This document shows, piece by piece, positions 62,716 to 64,000 of a DNA stretch of 64,000 bases (positions are counted from its first letter, which is position 1; every line of letters starts with the position of its first letter). The position numbers were made by a program, and so were the translations under genes. The notes below the pieces were generated by a model. It saw only the letters and a program-made list of their open reading frames with translations, was not told the origin of the DNA and made no database searches. The stretch is from Azolla caroliniana (lineage: Eukaryota; Plantae; Polypodiophyta), in assembly GCA_043228905.1 (NCBI GenBank), contig JBHGNT010000008.1, forward strand, positions 22,072,001 to 22,136,000, given 5' to 3'.

Positions 62716-64000
62716 TGTTGAGATATCAAGCTCAACTAGTTTAATCTAGTTAGTCAACACATGTAACTTAGTAGTTACCTAGATCGAATCTAATTAATGT
62801 GTTGACCTTAAGCCTTTAAATAGGACCTTGTACTTAAGTGGGATATTCTAGATCCTCCACTCCTTAGTACATTTAATGTAGGACTTACACATAAGTACCT
62901 ATGTTCTACCCACACATGTGCACCTTTGCACATGGGTTGTATATATACCTCATTGTGGGTATTTTTGAACGTTGATGACACTTTTCAATACAGTCAATCA
63001 TCCCCCATTTATCTTTGTGTTCAAGTGTAACTTCCTCTCTCTCTCTCTCTTCCTCTCACACACTCTCACGCGCATATCATACTAATCTTCCGCTGCTTAA
63101 CGTAACCATATAATTAGTCTCTAATTAACCCTAGTTAATTACCTAATTACTTAACATGGTATCCGAGCGCGTGGTTTAGGAAATCCACTAAGCTTATTCA
63201 TGATTGTGTGTTCGAGACGCCGACGACAAATCCCGGCTATTCGCTATCCGCTACCGTAGTGCCGCTACGAAGGACATGTACGCGACCAAGAGAAGAAAAA
63301 CAAAACGGAAGACACAACAATCAACATGAACAAACAAATGGGAAGCTCACTCCCTAGTGAAAAGCTAGACCGAAGCAACTATTCATCTTGGGAGTACAAG
63401 ATGAATCAATACCTTATCGGCCAAGGGTATTGGAGCTACATCAACGACGCACAAGAAAACAAACCCGAAATCACACACACCAACTACCCAATGTGGGAGC
63501 AAGGCGTGAGTCGGGTAATGTATTTCTTGGCAACATGTGTAAACGACCACATGCTTAGCCACATTCGTGACGCCAAGACGCCCAAAGAGGCGTGGGAAAA
63601 TCTCAAGAAGATTTTCACTACGGACACATCCGCACGCAAGATTCAACTCCGGCAAGAGTTGAACAACATACGACAAAAAGAAATGTCCGTGACGGACTAC
63701 ACCGCCAAGATCAAGAGCATTTGCGACTCGCTTGGCTCCATCAACGTCAACATCGACGAGGACGAGATGGTGCAAGTATGCTTGGGCGGCCTCGCACAAT
63801 GATTAAACCCGTTGAGAACGGCAATCTTGGCGAGAGATACCCCTCCCTCGTTCTTCAACCTCCAATCAATGCTATTGGTCGAAGTAAACCACGTTCAACG
63901 AAAGACCAACACATCGGAAGGACAAATGCTCTTCTCCGATACGGATGGTGCCCATAGACGAGGTCGACGCGGAAGAGGTCAATTCGACCTATCCCACGAA
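62716..64000 (+). mobile_element. 5' part of a second Ty1/copia element (LTR 62716-63156, PBS 63157-63168, gag), truncated by the window edge
   Basis: TGTTG...TAACA LTR, PBS TGGTATCCGAGC, gag clearly homologous to that of the 43581 element. Confidence 0.9.
63326..63802 (+). pseudogene. Copia gag N-terminal part, interrupted by a premature TGA; homology continues to the window end
   Basis: MGSSLPSEKLDRSNYSSWEYKMNQYLIGQGYWSY...AWENLKKIF...LRQELNNIRQKEMSVTDYTAKIK. After the stop the frame resumes LNPLRTAILARDTPPSFFNLQSMLLVE. Confidence 0.85.

Overview
Eukaryotic, AT-rich land-plant nuclear DNA. A fern or other non-seed plant is the best inference, from the style of the PLS-class PPR genes and the Tcn1-like chromovirus relics. 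Four host genes can be supported. Two are intronless PLS-class PPR genes without a DYW domain (2378-5221 and 20641-22824, both minus strand). One is a mitochondrial pyruvate dehydrogenase E1 beta gene with 13 clear coding exons plus an uncertain first one (about 14976-19508, plus strand). One is a three-coding-exon DUF863-family gene (31875-35924, minus strand) with an unusual His/Asp-rich 7-aa repeat expansion. The rest is transposon-derived: a complete but decayed Ty1/copia element (43581-50359, TSD GATTG) with a solo LTR nested in its RNase H, the 5' end of a related copia at the right edge, Ty3/gypsy relics, solo LTRs, MITEs, LINE fragments (one with a twin-priming-type 5' inversion) and many mini/microsatellites. 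I cannot demonstrate a new biological system from the sequence alone. The strongest leads are: (i) a chromovirus LTR with a Tf1-type self-priming signature that also carries an antisense tRNA-like Pol III promoter in U3; (ii) the copia 3' end with a duplicated PPT, an extra charged tail and a conserved stem enclosing the PPT; (iii) the His/Asp repeat insert in DUF863; (iv) a 9 x 51-nt intronic array in PDHB. All alignments were done by eye and coordinates of degenerate relics are approximate.
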